Below, piece after piece: positions 47,906 through 60,429 of a stretch of DNA of 64,000 nucleotides. How positions within the stretch are numbered: position 1 is the stretch's first letter; the number at the start of each line of letters is the position of its first letter. Below the pieces are notes generated by a model. It was not told where the DNA came from. It saw nothing but the letters and a program-made list of their open reading frames with translations, and did not search any database. Source of the DNA: Tricharina praecox (Eukaryota); assembly GCF_024521635.1 (NCBI RefSeq), contig NW_026250406.1, positions 806,001 through 870,000 on the forward strand, given 5' to 3'. The position numbers and the translations under genes were made by a program.

Positions 47906-50184
47906 AGCTGGAGCAGCAGTAGAAGCAGCAGCAACTGTTGTGGCTTCCGAATCGCACTCTTTCCGTGTAGGTTCTGTAGAGTCCATTGTAGTCGTTAGTC
48001 TTCTGTGTGTATTTTTTTGTTTTTGTGCGTACGTATGGTGTGGGGGGGTGGGGGGTGGGGAAGCGGGCAGCGTCGAAATAGAGACGGAAGTCCTCGACAG
48101 AAGAATAAGGAAGAAGCTGTAAAGGAAAAAGGAAGGGAAAGACTTTAGAAATAGAGGGAAAATTTACCAGAATATCAAGACGTCTCTCGCACTCTCTCTC
48201 AATGGAACAGCGCACAAGACACTTGTATCGCGCTGTCACTGTGCTTCGGCACAGGCCAACAGCCAGTGAGGAAAAACGAAAAAAATTAAAAAAAGATCGA
48301 GAGGGAGAATGCCGTATCCGTTGTGTGACCTGTATGTTGACCACGTATATGGGCGGTTCTCGTCCGTCAGTCTGTCAGTCAGTTCAATCCTATCCTATGG
48401 CGATGCGTTGCGTAGCTTGCTCCCTGTATGCGCGGTAAGTGGTGGGAATGGTAGGGTATGGGTTGGCGAGCCAGTCGTTTGTCGCCGTCAAGCACAGTGT
48501 CCGACGTTTCGGTTCAGAGGTGGAGTGGAGGGAGTGGAGGGAGGGAGGGAGGGGGGTTTGTGTTGTCCAGTCGTCAGTCCGCAGAGTGCTCGAAAAGGAA
48601 TCAATTGCGGTAAAAAGAGGTCGACAGGCGGACAGGCCGTAGTTGGTGGTAGGACGTGTCGTGTCCGCTGCAGGAACAAGTCGATAGGGAGGGAGGGGGG
48701 GAGGGAGTGAGTGAGGGAGGGGGGTGGGCAGTGGGTGGTGAGTGGGCGGTGGGCGGGCGGGGAGTTTCTTTTTTTCTCCGTCGGTCGCTCTTTCTCTCTC
48801 GAATGCTGTAATGAGGCCATTGGTCAGTAAATAGAGCTTCGGTCTCAATTGCACATCTTGGATGGTGGGAGGGGGAACTACTGCAGGTAAGAGCACCCAC
48901 CGCCGAATGGACCTTTCAGAGGCAGAACAAGCGCCGCTGGGGGGGAGGGAGGTCTGCAGAGTGCAGAGAGGGAAGACAAACCGCGATGAAGTGTGGCAGC
49001 AGCAGCTGTGAGTGTGAGCGGAGAGTTCTTTTTGCGGCCTGGAGGATGGATGGGCAGGCGGACCGGGTAGGACGCGGATTGCGATGTCGTGGTTCGGTGG
49101 ACTGCGCGTTGTCTGTCTGTGCGGCGAAGAAGGAGAAGAAGACGAAGAAGAGTTGTTGCTAGCTTTGGTTTCCCATGATTTCGACCTGTGGCTGGCGTTT
49201 TCCCATGTGAAAGCTAATAGGGAAGGGGGGAGCTGTCCATCCCACACCACTCTGAGCCTAAGCTTGTTGCTGGGTAGGGGTTATTTGGCCCTGGAAATGG
49301 GACAGAGCCGTGGACCGTGGACCGTGGTCATGATCCTAGCCGTTTGTTCGTCGCTGGCTGACTTGGGTTGTGCTCGGATGGGGCTTAGATAGAGGCTGAC
49401 TTTGCCTCTGATAGGCGGACCGCCAAAGCAAACCACACGATTCTGCCTGCTGGCGATACCCACCATCGAGATGGACAACACATACGGGGCAAGGCGGAGA
49501 CCGCCACCACCACCCCCTTCGGCATGAGGGGAGGGGCGTTCCAGAACTTGCTGCACGGAAAGTTCAATGGAACGAACTTCCCAATGCTCTTCCCTTCCCT
49601 TCCCTTCAAGCGACAGCTCCGACGAGTCGACGACGGCTCTCTTGCATTGCTGGAGATGACATCACGATCATCTGTCCGGCTACTAGGGGGGGAGGGGACA
49701 GAGTGAGTGAAAACTGTATCCCCCCTCCCTCGATCCCTTCCTTCCATCCAACCTTCCGTCCTTCCTGTGGGGAAAGCAAGCAATGCTCAATGCTCATGGA
49801 CGGTCATCTAGCGGTGTTACCGTGTTAGATCTGCGGGCGTGCGGGCTTACTCCGCCCGCAGGGTCCGCATGGCCGGCGTGGGCCGATTCCGAATTGCCCA
49901 TTGTCGAGTCAAACGGGCGGGCGGCGAAGCACTGCCGACAATACGGTACTAGATATAGAGTGGGTACATAGTGTAGGTACATCATAGAACGTCCCGCGAC
50001 TTGCGCTCGAAATATCATGGGCCAATCGCCCCCGCCGTGGATCCCGCCGTGAATCAATCCCGCGCGGTTGCAGGCGGGGAGGGGATGATGAAACTCGAGT
50101 GGACATATACTCTGATCTAGATACATAACAGGCAGGGGGATCCTGGTGAATATCTGGATTTAGGCCTTCGGTCAGAAGTTAGAA

Positions 50185-50990
50185 CAGAGCTTAAGCTTGA
50201 GCTGTTACGACGAGTGTTCCGGTACCTCACTAATCGATCCCGAATCGACACATGATTGAATTACACCGCCGTCTCGATAATCGGCCTCGAGCTACCACAC
50301 CTATACCTAACAGAGCAGCGAGCTTGAGCTTGGGCTGTGCACGGCTGACTCGGAGCAGCGAGAGCTCGAGCTGTTGCAACTTGCGACGAGTATTCCGGTA
50401 CCTAACTAATCGATCCAGAATCGACACATGATTGAATTGCGCCCTCTCGATAATCACCCTCGAGCTACCATATACCTAACAGAGCAGCGAGCTTGAGGCT
50501 TGAGCTGTGGACGGCGAAGCAACGAGAGCTTGAGCTTGAGCTGTTGCGAATTTGCGACGAGTATTCCAGTACCTAATCGTTCCCAAATCGAGCCCGAATC
50601 AACACATGATTGAATTACACCGCCGTCTCGATAATCGGCCTCGAGCTACCATATACCTAACAGAGTAACGGGCTTGAGGTACGCACGGCGGAGCAGCGAG
50701 AGCTTGAGCTGTTACGACAAGTATTCCGGTACCTCACTAATCGTTCCCGACTCGACACATGATTGAATTACACCGCCGTCTCGATAATCGGCCTCGAGCT
50801 ACCACACCTATACCTAACAGAGCAGCGAGCTTGAGCTTGGGCTGTGCACGGCTGACTCGGAGCAGCGAGAGCTCGAGCTGTTGCAACTTGCGACGAGTAT
50901 TCCGGTACCTAACTAATCGATCCAGAATCGACACATGATTGAATTGCACCATCTCGATAATCAGCCTCGAGCTACCATTATACCATATAC
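50185..50990. repeat. Tandem array of 5 imperfect ~153-178-bp units with a 507-bp higher-order duplication
   Basis: The anchor CATGATTGAATT recurs at 50251, 50427, 50605, 50758 and 50934. Units 1-2 are nearly identical to units 4-5. Confidence 0.95.
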
Positions 50991-51071
50991 CCAAGATCTA
51001 TCTGTGTGTACGGCTTCTTATTCGGTCGAATGGCTACCTACTTACCTACATAATCTAATCTGATCTAATCG

Positions 51072-51202
51072 CACGAGGTATGTGCCAACGTCTCTTGCAC
51101 ACTGTGGCTCAACTGTGTGCTGCTCAAATAGCCACTTTCATCTGACCCCACGAGGTATGTACCAAAGACTCTTGCACACCGTGTCTCAATCGTGTGCTGC
51201 TG
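51072..51202. repeat. Imperfect ~53-bp direct repeat, 2 copies 77 bp apart
   Basis: cacgaggtatgtRccaaNgNctcttgcacacYgtgKctcaa..gtgtgctgct starts at 51072 and 51149. Confidence 0.85.
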
Positions 51203-51384
51203 CCCGAACTCGAACTCGTACCGTTCGATTCCCCAGTCAATGCGAATGAATATGTATGTACAAAGATCACAGTGCAATAACGAGTACGGTAGGTACACCG
51301 GCAAAAAAAAAAAACATGAACGGCCCCTCCACCTACACCTCCCGTGCCCACAGTCCCACCTCCCCTGTCTCCCACCTGCATCTC

Positions 51385-52345
51385 CTACACCTCCGCCTTC
51401 CCCTCCGCCGCCGCCTTCTCCGCCGCCTCCCTCTCCCTCACCAAGACCTGCATAGCCTGATCATCAAGCAAATGCGTCTTCGCCAGACTACACCCTCTCG
51501 TGCCATCTTTACTGGGGGGGCCGGGGTCCATAAACATGTCCACCTTCCTCGTATATCCATGTCCACACTCCAGTATCTCTCCGCCCCTCACGTCCATGGT
51601 GCTTACACACATGAGCATCGCCTCGGCGACCTCCTCAGGCGTAGTCCACGTATCCCTCTCCTCATCGATCATCTGCAGTTTCTCAGGATTATCGAGGAAC
51701 AGCGGGGTCCTAACCACACCCGGCGCCACGGCGACCACGCGGATCCCCATCTCCGCCTCCAACCGTGAAAACGATCGCACAAACCCGTTGATCCCGTGTT
51801 TTGCCGCCGTGTAGATCGGTGCCGACAGCTTGGGCGTTTGCCCGGATATGCTGCTGATGTGTAGAACTACCGCGCGGGACTTGCGGGAGGAGATGAAGGA
51901 CGAGATCGCCAGCCGGGTTAGCTTGATCGGGTGAACGAGGTTCACGTCTAACGTCTTGTACCGGCTGTCGCTGTCCGACTCCGAACCCCAGAAGAAGGAG
52001 CTCCATTCGGGCTCGAAGATGCCGGCGCCCGTTACGACGATGTCGGCGGATGAGAGGTGCGTCTGGCAGTACGGCAGGAGGGACGAGAGGTCGGCCCAGG
52101 ATGAGACGTCGCAGTGCTTGAATAACACCCGCGCGCCGTGGGGGTGCGAGGCGGAGAGCAAAGCTTGTGCGGGCGCCGTGAGGGAGAGGTCCGCGATTAG
52201 GACGGAGCAGCCGTGCGAGAGGAGGAGTGTCGCGAAGGCGAGGTTGATGCCGCTGCCGGCGCCGGTGATCTGGGGTGTTAGAGCGGCAACACATGAGGGG
52301 GGGAGGGAGGCGTACGATGGCGGTTTTGTTCTTGACGTCGAGCAT
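51385..52345 (-). CDS. Classical short-chain dehydrogenase/reductase (15-hydroxyprostaglandin dehydrogenase-like), 2 exons
   Basis: Spliced product MLDVKNKTAI|ITGAGSGIN (TGxxxGI-type NAD-binding), CDVSSW, GAGIFEP, HISS, catalytic YTAAK and VAPGVVRTP. Confidence 0.92.
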
Positions 52346-53009
52346 GGCGATGTCTGATGTCTGTTTATCTGTTTATCTTCTCTACCTACCTCCAGCAACA
52401 GCAGCAGCAGCAGGAGGAGGGGGTATTTATCCCCCTCCCCCACTGCCCCATCCCCCCCATTCCCCCCCTCCCGCAGAGAACCACCCCTCGTGCGGAAACT
52501 CGGTAATACCTCTCGGTAAACAAAATCTCCACGGGCATCTGCCTCGTCGCAAACCGGTAGATGGCGATACCCCACTGTCTTATCACCCCCCGTGCCTTGG
52601 TGGTGGGGGATACCCCACGATCGGAATGGCATGCAGGAAGGGGGGGCGAGGCGAGGATGCGGGAGGGGATGCTCCGTCCGACACACGGAACTTGGAAGGT
52701 ACGGAACAACTGCTCGACAGGGCAATACATCTACTCTACCGGTAGTTACTCTACATCGGTAACTACACCGCAATGCAACACAATGCAACTCAACCTGGCG
52801 CAACTCCGGTTCTTCACCGGAAGACTACCGCAAGGGCGATAGATAGATATCACAGCACAGCACGGCACAACACGAACTAGGAAAAAAATAGAGAGAGAAA
52901 CGACGAAAGGAAGGAAGGAAGGCCATATGTAAGTATGCATATCATTTCATCACATAGATTATGTAGACGCAAGCAAGCATGTAAGCAAGCAAGCAAATGG
53001 GAATAGATA

Positions 53010-53185
53010 TGAAGCTGAAGATGAAGATGAAGATGAAGATGAAGATGAAGCTGAAGTTGAAGATGAAGCTGAAGTTGAAGATGAAGATGAAGATGAAGAT
53101 GAAGATGAAGATGAAGATGAAGATGAAGATGAAGATGAAGATGAAGATGAAGATGAAGTTGAAATATGAAGTTGAAATATGAAGT
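53010..53185. repeat. (GAAGAT)n hexanucleotide microsatellite with GAAGCT/GAAGTT variants
   Basis: About 25 units visible directly; accounts for the poly-HL/FI/S/MK shadow ORFs. Confidence 0.97.
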
Positions 53186-53423
53186 TGAAGAAGAAGACGA
53201 ACAAGAAAGGCGCATAAAAAAACATCAATGAAACGACAAAGACAAAGCCATAACCCCCCACATAGCAACAATCAATCCTACCCATCCAAAAAAAATCGAC
53301 TCATCGATTCATCGAGAAACAGTAGAAATGAAAATGAAAATGAAAAACACCTTAATCAACACCCTATTTACATACAAGTCCCGACTACAGACCGACAGCC
53401 AGACAGCCAGCCGCACCAATCCC

Positions 53424-56400
53424 TCAATCCCTCTGCCCTTCATTGAGCACCAGCTCTACGACCAACTGGCGTCCATCGATCTCCGGATGTGCCATAGCGA
53501 CCTTGACCGACCTCCCACCCTTCGATCCCGGTGCCGTCCCACCGCCCATAGCATCATCCAGACACCTGACGTCTCTCCCGGAGATGACCTGTCGCAGCCT
53601 ACCATTCTGTGCGTTTCTGATCTCGACAAAGTCCTGGTCGAAGACGAGGACGTAAGGGCCGTACATGGCGACGGTCATGGCCTTGCCGACGAACTCCATG
53701 ACGACGGAGCGCGAGACGTCGCCGTGCTTGTTGACGTAGACCGCGCACTCCTCGTAGCACAGGAGGAACTCGATCTCGCTGAGCCGGAACATCCCCAGTG
53801 GTTTTTCGCCAGACAGTCGCGACGCGATGTCGTCGACGTGAGAGCCCGCGCGCAGCTCGGGCACGGACCATGCTTGCTTCTTGTCTAGCGTCATCACTTC
53901 GAAGCCTGTGTGTGCCATAGCTGTTAGAACCCGTCTTCTCCGCAGTCAACGAGTAGAGGACAAACCTTTGGAAGTATGCACAGCGAGACTGGAATGGAAG
54001 AGGTTGATTCCGTAGCAATCGGTCGGAATATAGAACTCGTCAAACTCCCTGAAGAACTCCGTCGTCCCCTTCCTAGCAAAACGTGACTTCTTCTCCGTCG
54101 CCTTCTGAAATACCGGTTCCAGAACCTATAGTTTGTCTCGCATCAGCCATCACTCCACTCCCCACAAAACGTAAGCCAAAGAAAACACAAACCTTGAAAG
54201 TCGAACTCAACCCCTCGCGCTTCTTATAAAACACCAGCGTGCGCTCCTTCATGCGGCCAGTAGCAAAGAAACCCACATCCTTCGCGCCACTCAACTTCTG
54301 CGGCGCCTTCTGCTTCGTCGCCGAGCCAGCAGCAGCGCCAGGCAGCGGCACGACCACGTCCAGATGATACGCCACGAGGGCCTTATCGGCCAGTATCAAA
54401 AAAAGACTAAACTCCTCGATGACAGCGATCTGCGTGACCTTGACCGCGTTTATGACACGGGTCCAACCTCTTGGATTATTCGCCTCCGCGGTGAAAACCC
54501 CAAAGTCCGTTCCGATGGCGACCATTTCGCGGCCGTATTGCGCGGTGAACGCGGTGGCACAGTTGACGCTGGCCTTGCAGATGGCCGGGGGTTTGGGTAA
54601 GCCGTCATAGCGCTTCTCGACCTCGGAGATGGCGCGGTCAAGCGGTGTGCCGCGGATCTTGATCGGCTTCGGCTGGGCAGCGGCCGCAGCGCTGTCGTAG
54701 CCGAAGGCACAGTCGGCCATGACATTGAGTCGGAACGGCTCGGCATTCTGCGCGTGTAGGCTCGCCGCGTGCTTCTCTTTCGCCAGGATGATCTTGTCGC
54801 ACCAGTCCTTACGGTTGGCGGCGCTGGGCGCATACAGGATGTACGTGTTGTCATCGGTCTTCTGCACTCGTGTCGGATTGCCCAGATGCTTGATGCGGAA
54901 GGGGTACAGCACTCTATCGTCGCGAGCATTCATGTCCGGAATATTCGTAACCAACCGGCCAGGTGCTGTGGCAGTGCTACTGATACTGCTGCTGGTGTTG
55001 GTATGCGACAGAGTCGGCACACCGACAGCACTATTGTGCCTACCTCGAGCGGTATCCTTCGTCGTCGTGGCGGGACCTGCGATACCCAATCGATTCGCCG
55101 CATTCCGGATAACCGGGTCGTCGTTGGTACTTTCCAGCACGAGAAGGTCCATCGGGATCGGCATGCGCGACACATCGTACCGTTCCTGCTTCGCGCCTCC
55201 AGCAACCTCCTTCTGCATCATCGTCTTAGCCAGCACAAGGTAATGATCGAAAAGGATGGCATGTGTCTCGAGCCAGGTAAACCGATTGTTTCCAGTCCGT
55301 TGAAGATCGCCCTTGAAGATCAATTCTCTGCCCTTCTCCCCAGCCCTCAGATCCACCGGCCACTGGCGCATCACAAGTTTGGCGTCGAGCTCCATGAGCT
55401 GCACACGCTTCGACATCTCATCGACACGGGCATCGCAATCGTGTGTGACCGCCTTGATCTCCTCGATGGCGCGCTCCAGATTATGCTTCTCCTCCGAGTC
55501 AATAGTAGTATGCTTCAGCACGGTCGCTAGCAGCAGCGAGTACCGCTGCAACCGGGTAATCGGTCCCTTCAAGAACGTGACCCAATCCAACCGTCGCGCA
55601 CGCGGATCCTGCCGGCATTTATCCAAGAACTCTCTGAAAAGCATGTTCCTCTCTGCCTCTCGTCGGACGAGCATATCCGCGTTCGGGAACGCAGCCGCAT
55701 AGTCGAGATACGCAACCTTCGCCTTGCGGATCCACTCTCTGAAAATATCGCTGAATCCAACAATCCACGGCCCCTGCTCGCGCTGCCGGAACTTCAACTG
55801 CGGCAGTAGATGCTCCTCCGAGACCTTCCTCACCGCATCCGCCTTGCCAAAGACATCGCGAACAAAGTTCTCTAACCGATTGGGCTTGATGATATTGCTG
55901 ACGAGGATCTGGTCTCGGTAAACAACCTTAAGAACCTCCATGTGCTCCATAAACTCCTCCTCGGTCTGCACAACCTCGTGCAGATTGTTCTGGCGCTCAA
56001 TCTCCTTCTTGTTGACGTCGACCAGCTGCTCCTTCTTGATCTTCCAATGAGTAGCCCAGTCCTCCTTCCGCTGCGTGACCTCAGCGCCACCATGCGGCAG
56101 CGTAATCTTCCTTAGCGTGCGAGCACAGTGATGAGCATAACATCTTGCAGGCGAATCGTACTCGTGCAGCTTGGACGAATAGCAACCACTGCCCGTGATC
56201 TGGTAGATGACACCGGACACCTCTCCGGACCCAAACTTCACCCACTCCTCCTCCTTGATCAGATTCTTCTCCTTGAGCATGCCGGACACCACCTTAGTCG
56301 CCAGCGTCTCGGCGTCGGCGACATTCATGGTCGGCACGAAGTGCGTAAACAGCGCCGCGACGGCATCGGCCACAAGCGCCTCCTTGAGATCCAGCTCGCC

Positions 56401-59019
56401 CTCGGTCATCTCCTTGAGCCACGTCGAGATCTTACTCAGCGCCCACGGCGCCGCGCACCGTCTAAAGTCCTTGGTACTCAATTTCTTCGGATCGAACTTC
56501 CTGGAGAGCGGGATAGCGGGGAGGTCACTTGGCGTCAACCCACTCGCAACCTCCGATTCAGGGAGCCCAAGGTTGCCAGGGACAATCATCGAAGTCCTGT
56601 TCGCCTTATGGACCTTTCCGTCGGTCTTCGATCTGACAGGCGCGACCGTCGATGGCTGGCTGGGATGACTTGTCAAGCTGGCGGTGCGGGGAATATACGG
56701 CTGCTGTGCGCCGAGATTCATCTGTCCGTAGAGACTAGGCGATGCCGGCGGGAGGCGGGCCGACTGCGGCTGGGAGCCAGGCATCTGCTGCTGCTGATAG
56801 TTTCTGGCGTACGATGGCCCAGTACCTGCCGGTGAAGACGGGTCACCAAATTCATATCCAGGCAGACTCGGGAGCGGCCTCGAGTTCTGCTGAGGGTTGG
56901 CCGAAAACGATCCTGGGTGGTAAAATAACTCTGGGAAATCATCGTCCGTAGAGGACCTCTTCGTAGGACTCTCATCCGAAGCGTGATCGAAGTCGTCGTC
57001 GCCCTCTTCGAACGACAGGCGTTTGGTCGGCGGCGCCAGCCCACCAGTACCGAATGTATCGACCCTGGCATTCGAGGCGAATTCGGGAGCAGCATCGGCG
57101 GCCGCATTCGAGCCAAACACGGGGAACGGGTGCAAGTCGCTTTCGCCGGGAAAATAATGCTCGAGGCCGCCATTGTACAGATCATTATTTGCTTGCTGCT
57201 GCTGCGGCGGCGGCGGTGGCGACGCGGCGGCGGCGGGCACCGGTGGGAGCGGGTTAGGCACGACGTTATTATCCAGACCCAGCCCACTGAACCCACCATA
57301 GCCACCATCACTAAAGAAATCCCCACCAATCATGCCCATATCCACACCCGAAGGCGGCATGTAATCCAGATCGCTATCATCCTCCCTCGGCGGCGGCAAT
57401 GGCTGAGAACTCAAACTCCCCCGTCTATCGCTCTCCGCCTCCATCCCAACCGGCGGGTCGGAATCATTATCTCCTCCGTAGTAGTCATAGACACTGTCGA
57501 TCCTCCCATTAGTGCCGTTCCGCCTATGGCTGTACGCCGAGCTGTCGCTGTAGGCCATCGCGCCCGACCCCATATCCTGCAGCGAAGCCTCGATATCGCC
57601 ATAGAGCTCCTCATCACCACCGCCGTTCGGCACCTGCGGCAGCGGCCTGGACTGACTCTGGTGTCGCGCGATGTGTCCATGAGCGGGCGGCGGGGGAGGA
57701 GGGGAAGAAGGCAATGCCGGCGAGCCGCCGGGATACATATGGTCTCGGTACGACAGCGAGCGTTCCTTTGGCGGGCTCGGCAGCGGATGATGCGGAGTAT
57801 CGGGTTCGGTCGGAGCCGAGACATCGCTGTCCGAGCCGGAATGGTAGTGTGTTTCCTGGCGACTGTAGTGCGATCCGTACGACATGGACGATTGACTCGG
57901 CGAGTGGTGGGGATACGGGGCCTGAGCGAACGCGGGCGATCCGGGAGGATGTGGCGGCGGGGGTGGTGGGGGTGGCTGGTACCCGTTATGTGGCGGAGCC
58001 GACTGCGACGGCACCGGCGGTAGCCCCGGCGAGTACGGAACCGTCGGACTCATGTACGTGGAGTGGGAACCCGTTGGGTACTGCGGACGACTTACGTATT
58101 GCTGTTGTTGCATCTGCGGCGAATAGCTATATCTTGCGGCACCCGCGGCGCTCGGCATGGACAGGGCTGGCTGCGCCTGTGCTGGGGCTCTGTACGATTG
58201 CGTCGATGGGTATGGCGTGGTGTACAGATTCGGATCATATGAGGAAGCGCCCGGCGGCGCGACGTAAGAAGCGGTGCTGGCCTGTCTCTGCGGCCTGTAT
58301 TCGGCCTGCTGCTGGTGATTAAACGCGCCCGCTGTCGAAGCTTGTCGCTGGGGCTGGTAGGCGGATGGATTATAGGGCTGATGACTTGGGGGCGGGGAAC
58401 CACCACCGTTGTAGGCTCCTCCTCCTCCTCCAGGCGTCGGAGGATATGGAGCATTGCTCGGGAAGCCATCGTGCCCAGCCGAGAATACGGGCGAGTACGG
58501 CGGCATATAGGGCGAGCCATTTCCACCAGGCGTGACGGCGAAGAAGCCACCCGGACTCGGCGGCCGTTCACTCATCGCGACGACAGAAGTCCGTCGATTT
58601 ATGGGGGGGCCCGCTGGAAGAGGTAGTGGTGGTGGAGGTATACCGGTGGTGGGAGTATGCGGAGGGGCGCCGGGCGGAGGCGGTGAGATGTAACGAAGAG
58701 GAGTAGTGGAATTCGAACTCGGGATCGGGATATGATTGGTCTGCAGTCGTAGTTGCTGATGATGATGAGGGTGTTGCTGTCCTTGTTGAAGTTGATTTTG
58801 TTGATATTGATGTTGATGTTGCAGTTGTTGTTGTTGAATTACGCTCAGTCTGCGACTTACACCAGTTCCCCCGTCGAGGTAGGAATCATCATCACCGTTG
58901 TCGCAGCTCTGGGATCGGGTCAAAAAAGGACTTGGCTGCGGAGGGCGAGTGGTGCGAGAGTAAGAGCCGTGGACATTTCCGGCATAAGCACGAGCCCTCT
59001 GCTGGTAAGGGTCTGCCAT
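53424..59019 (-). CDS. Rho1 guanine nucleotide exchange factor (DH-PH-CNH), Rgf3/Tus1-like, 3 exons
   Basis: EIERQNNLHEVVQTEE (DH start), FLKGPITRLQRYSLLL, HAILFDHYLVLAK and PIPMDLL (PH); CNH segments QKLSGAKDVGFF and EFLLCYEECAVYVNKHGDVSR. Long P/Q/S/Y-rich N-terminus. Confidence 0.9.
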
Positions 59020-60429
59020 GGGTATATTGATGGCTTGGGGCTTGGGCTCTTCTTTTGGCTGGGGAGTGGGGGGGCGGGTCTTCTTCTTCACGCAGCACTG
59101 CACTGCACACACAGCACAGCACAGCGCACAGCAGCAGCACGGCACCGCCGCACAGTACGAGTGCTCTAGATAGAGGTGGAGAGCACGATGACAAAGACGT
59201 AAAAAGCGTGACTAATAATATAGTGCTTCAACTCGTAGTGCGAAGTACGCTGAGCGTGTTGTAGATATGTGTGGAGAATTTTGTGGAGATGATGGCGGCG
59301 GCAGCGGGATCGTGAGGGGGAATGTAGGGTTACGATGGAGGAGTGTTGGGGGGTGTGGTATGTAGGCTGCGAGCTTGCGCCATTCAGCAGCCTGCGACAT
59401 CCATCCATCCAGCAGCCCAGCAGCAGCCCAGCCTTTACTTGCTTCTTTTCAACTTCTTTACATACACGAACGAACATCTCAGACTCAGAGCCGTTCTCAG
59501 CCCCGGGCGAGAGACACCCCATACATACCTGAAGTTCCCACCCGCCGCCCGTCGACCAGGGGGCCCACAATGCACATCAGATGGGCAGGAATGGATGAGG
59601 GAGGGGGACGGGGTCCTCCGATATAGCATCGCTTGTATGAAACTATCGCTTCAGCCCACCCGTCCATCCCCACCCAGCTCAGTTCACACACACGCAAAAG
59701 CACACAACGCGATCCTCCATTCCCGCTGACGCAGTGTAGCCTTACATTTACTCTCCACCTTATACTCACCTCCTACTCACCTCCTACTCACCTCCTATGT
59801 ACTTCTTCTACATACTTCCCTTCTGTACAATACTACGCGTACTCCACCACAATCCTCTGCCACTCCGTCTCCGTTCGTTCAAATACCGTACCGTATCTGC
59901 CTGCAAGCAAGCAAGCATGAGCGAGAACCGAACTGCCGCCTGAACGAACTAGGTAGCCAGCCTAGCAGACTGCCGACCTGCCGCCGGTGAACGGTGAACG
60001 GACGGTGAACGGCGCAAGAAGCCCCACCTGCTCCGGATCCGTGACTGACGTAAGCACAGCACAGCACAGCATGGTCATAACCAGCAGTTGAATTGTCGCG
60101 ACTACCGTATAACATTCGTTCCACTCCGCATTACTACATACATCGTAAAGGTCATAAAGGTCATATAGTCATAAAGGCTGGAAAGCAGAATCATCATCAA
60201 CCATCAATTGGTTTTTACAAGCAAACATGCACCGTAGTACCCGTACCCCCCACCAAACCCACCCAACCCAACCGGCCAAACTATGTATCATACGAAACAA
60301 ACACCGGCCAAAAAAACGACATGACCAAGACCAAGGACTAACACAAAAAAACAAAAAGGAAAACACAACATCGCAAACCCGTGCTGAAACTGCAAGAAAC
60401 ACCCGCTCGCTCGCCCGCTCGCTCGCCAA

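Noticed and set aside
50230..50994. Duplicated 75-85-aa ORFs, or a CRISPR-like array
   Set aside because: Whole units are homologous with no unique spacers, and the ORFs arise from the 507-bp duplication.
51223..51245. GTTCGATTCCCCAGTCAATGC resembling a tRNA-Gly 3' half
   Set aside because: No complementary T-stem or acceptor-stem 5' partner and no D or anticodon arm upstream.
52346..52803. Long N-terminal extension of the SDR given by the 472-aa ORF call
   Set aside because: A spliced start (MLDVKNKTAI|ITGAG) gives a typical SDR N-terminus. The extension is low-complexity promoter sequence.
59020..59145. Cys-rich N-terminal extension on the RhoGEF ORF
   Set aside because: Begins at a GTG and derives from (GCTGT)n-like simple repeats. 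The first ATG at 59019 is the more plausible start.
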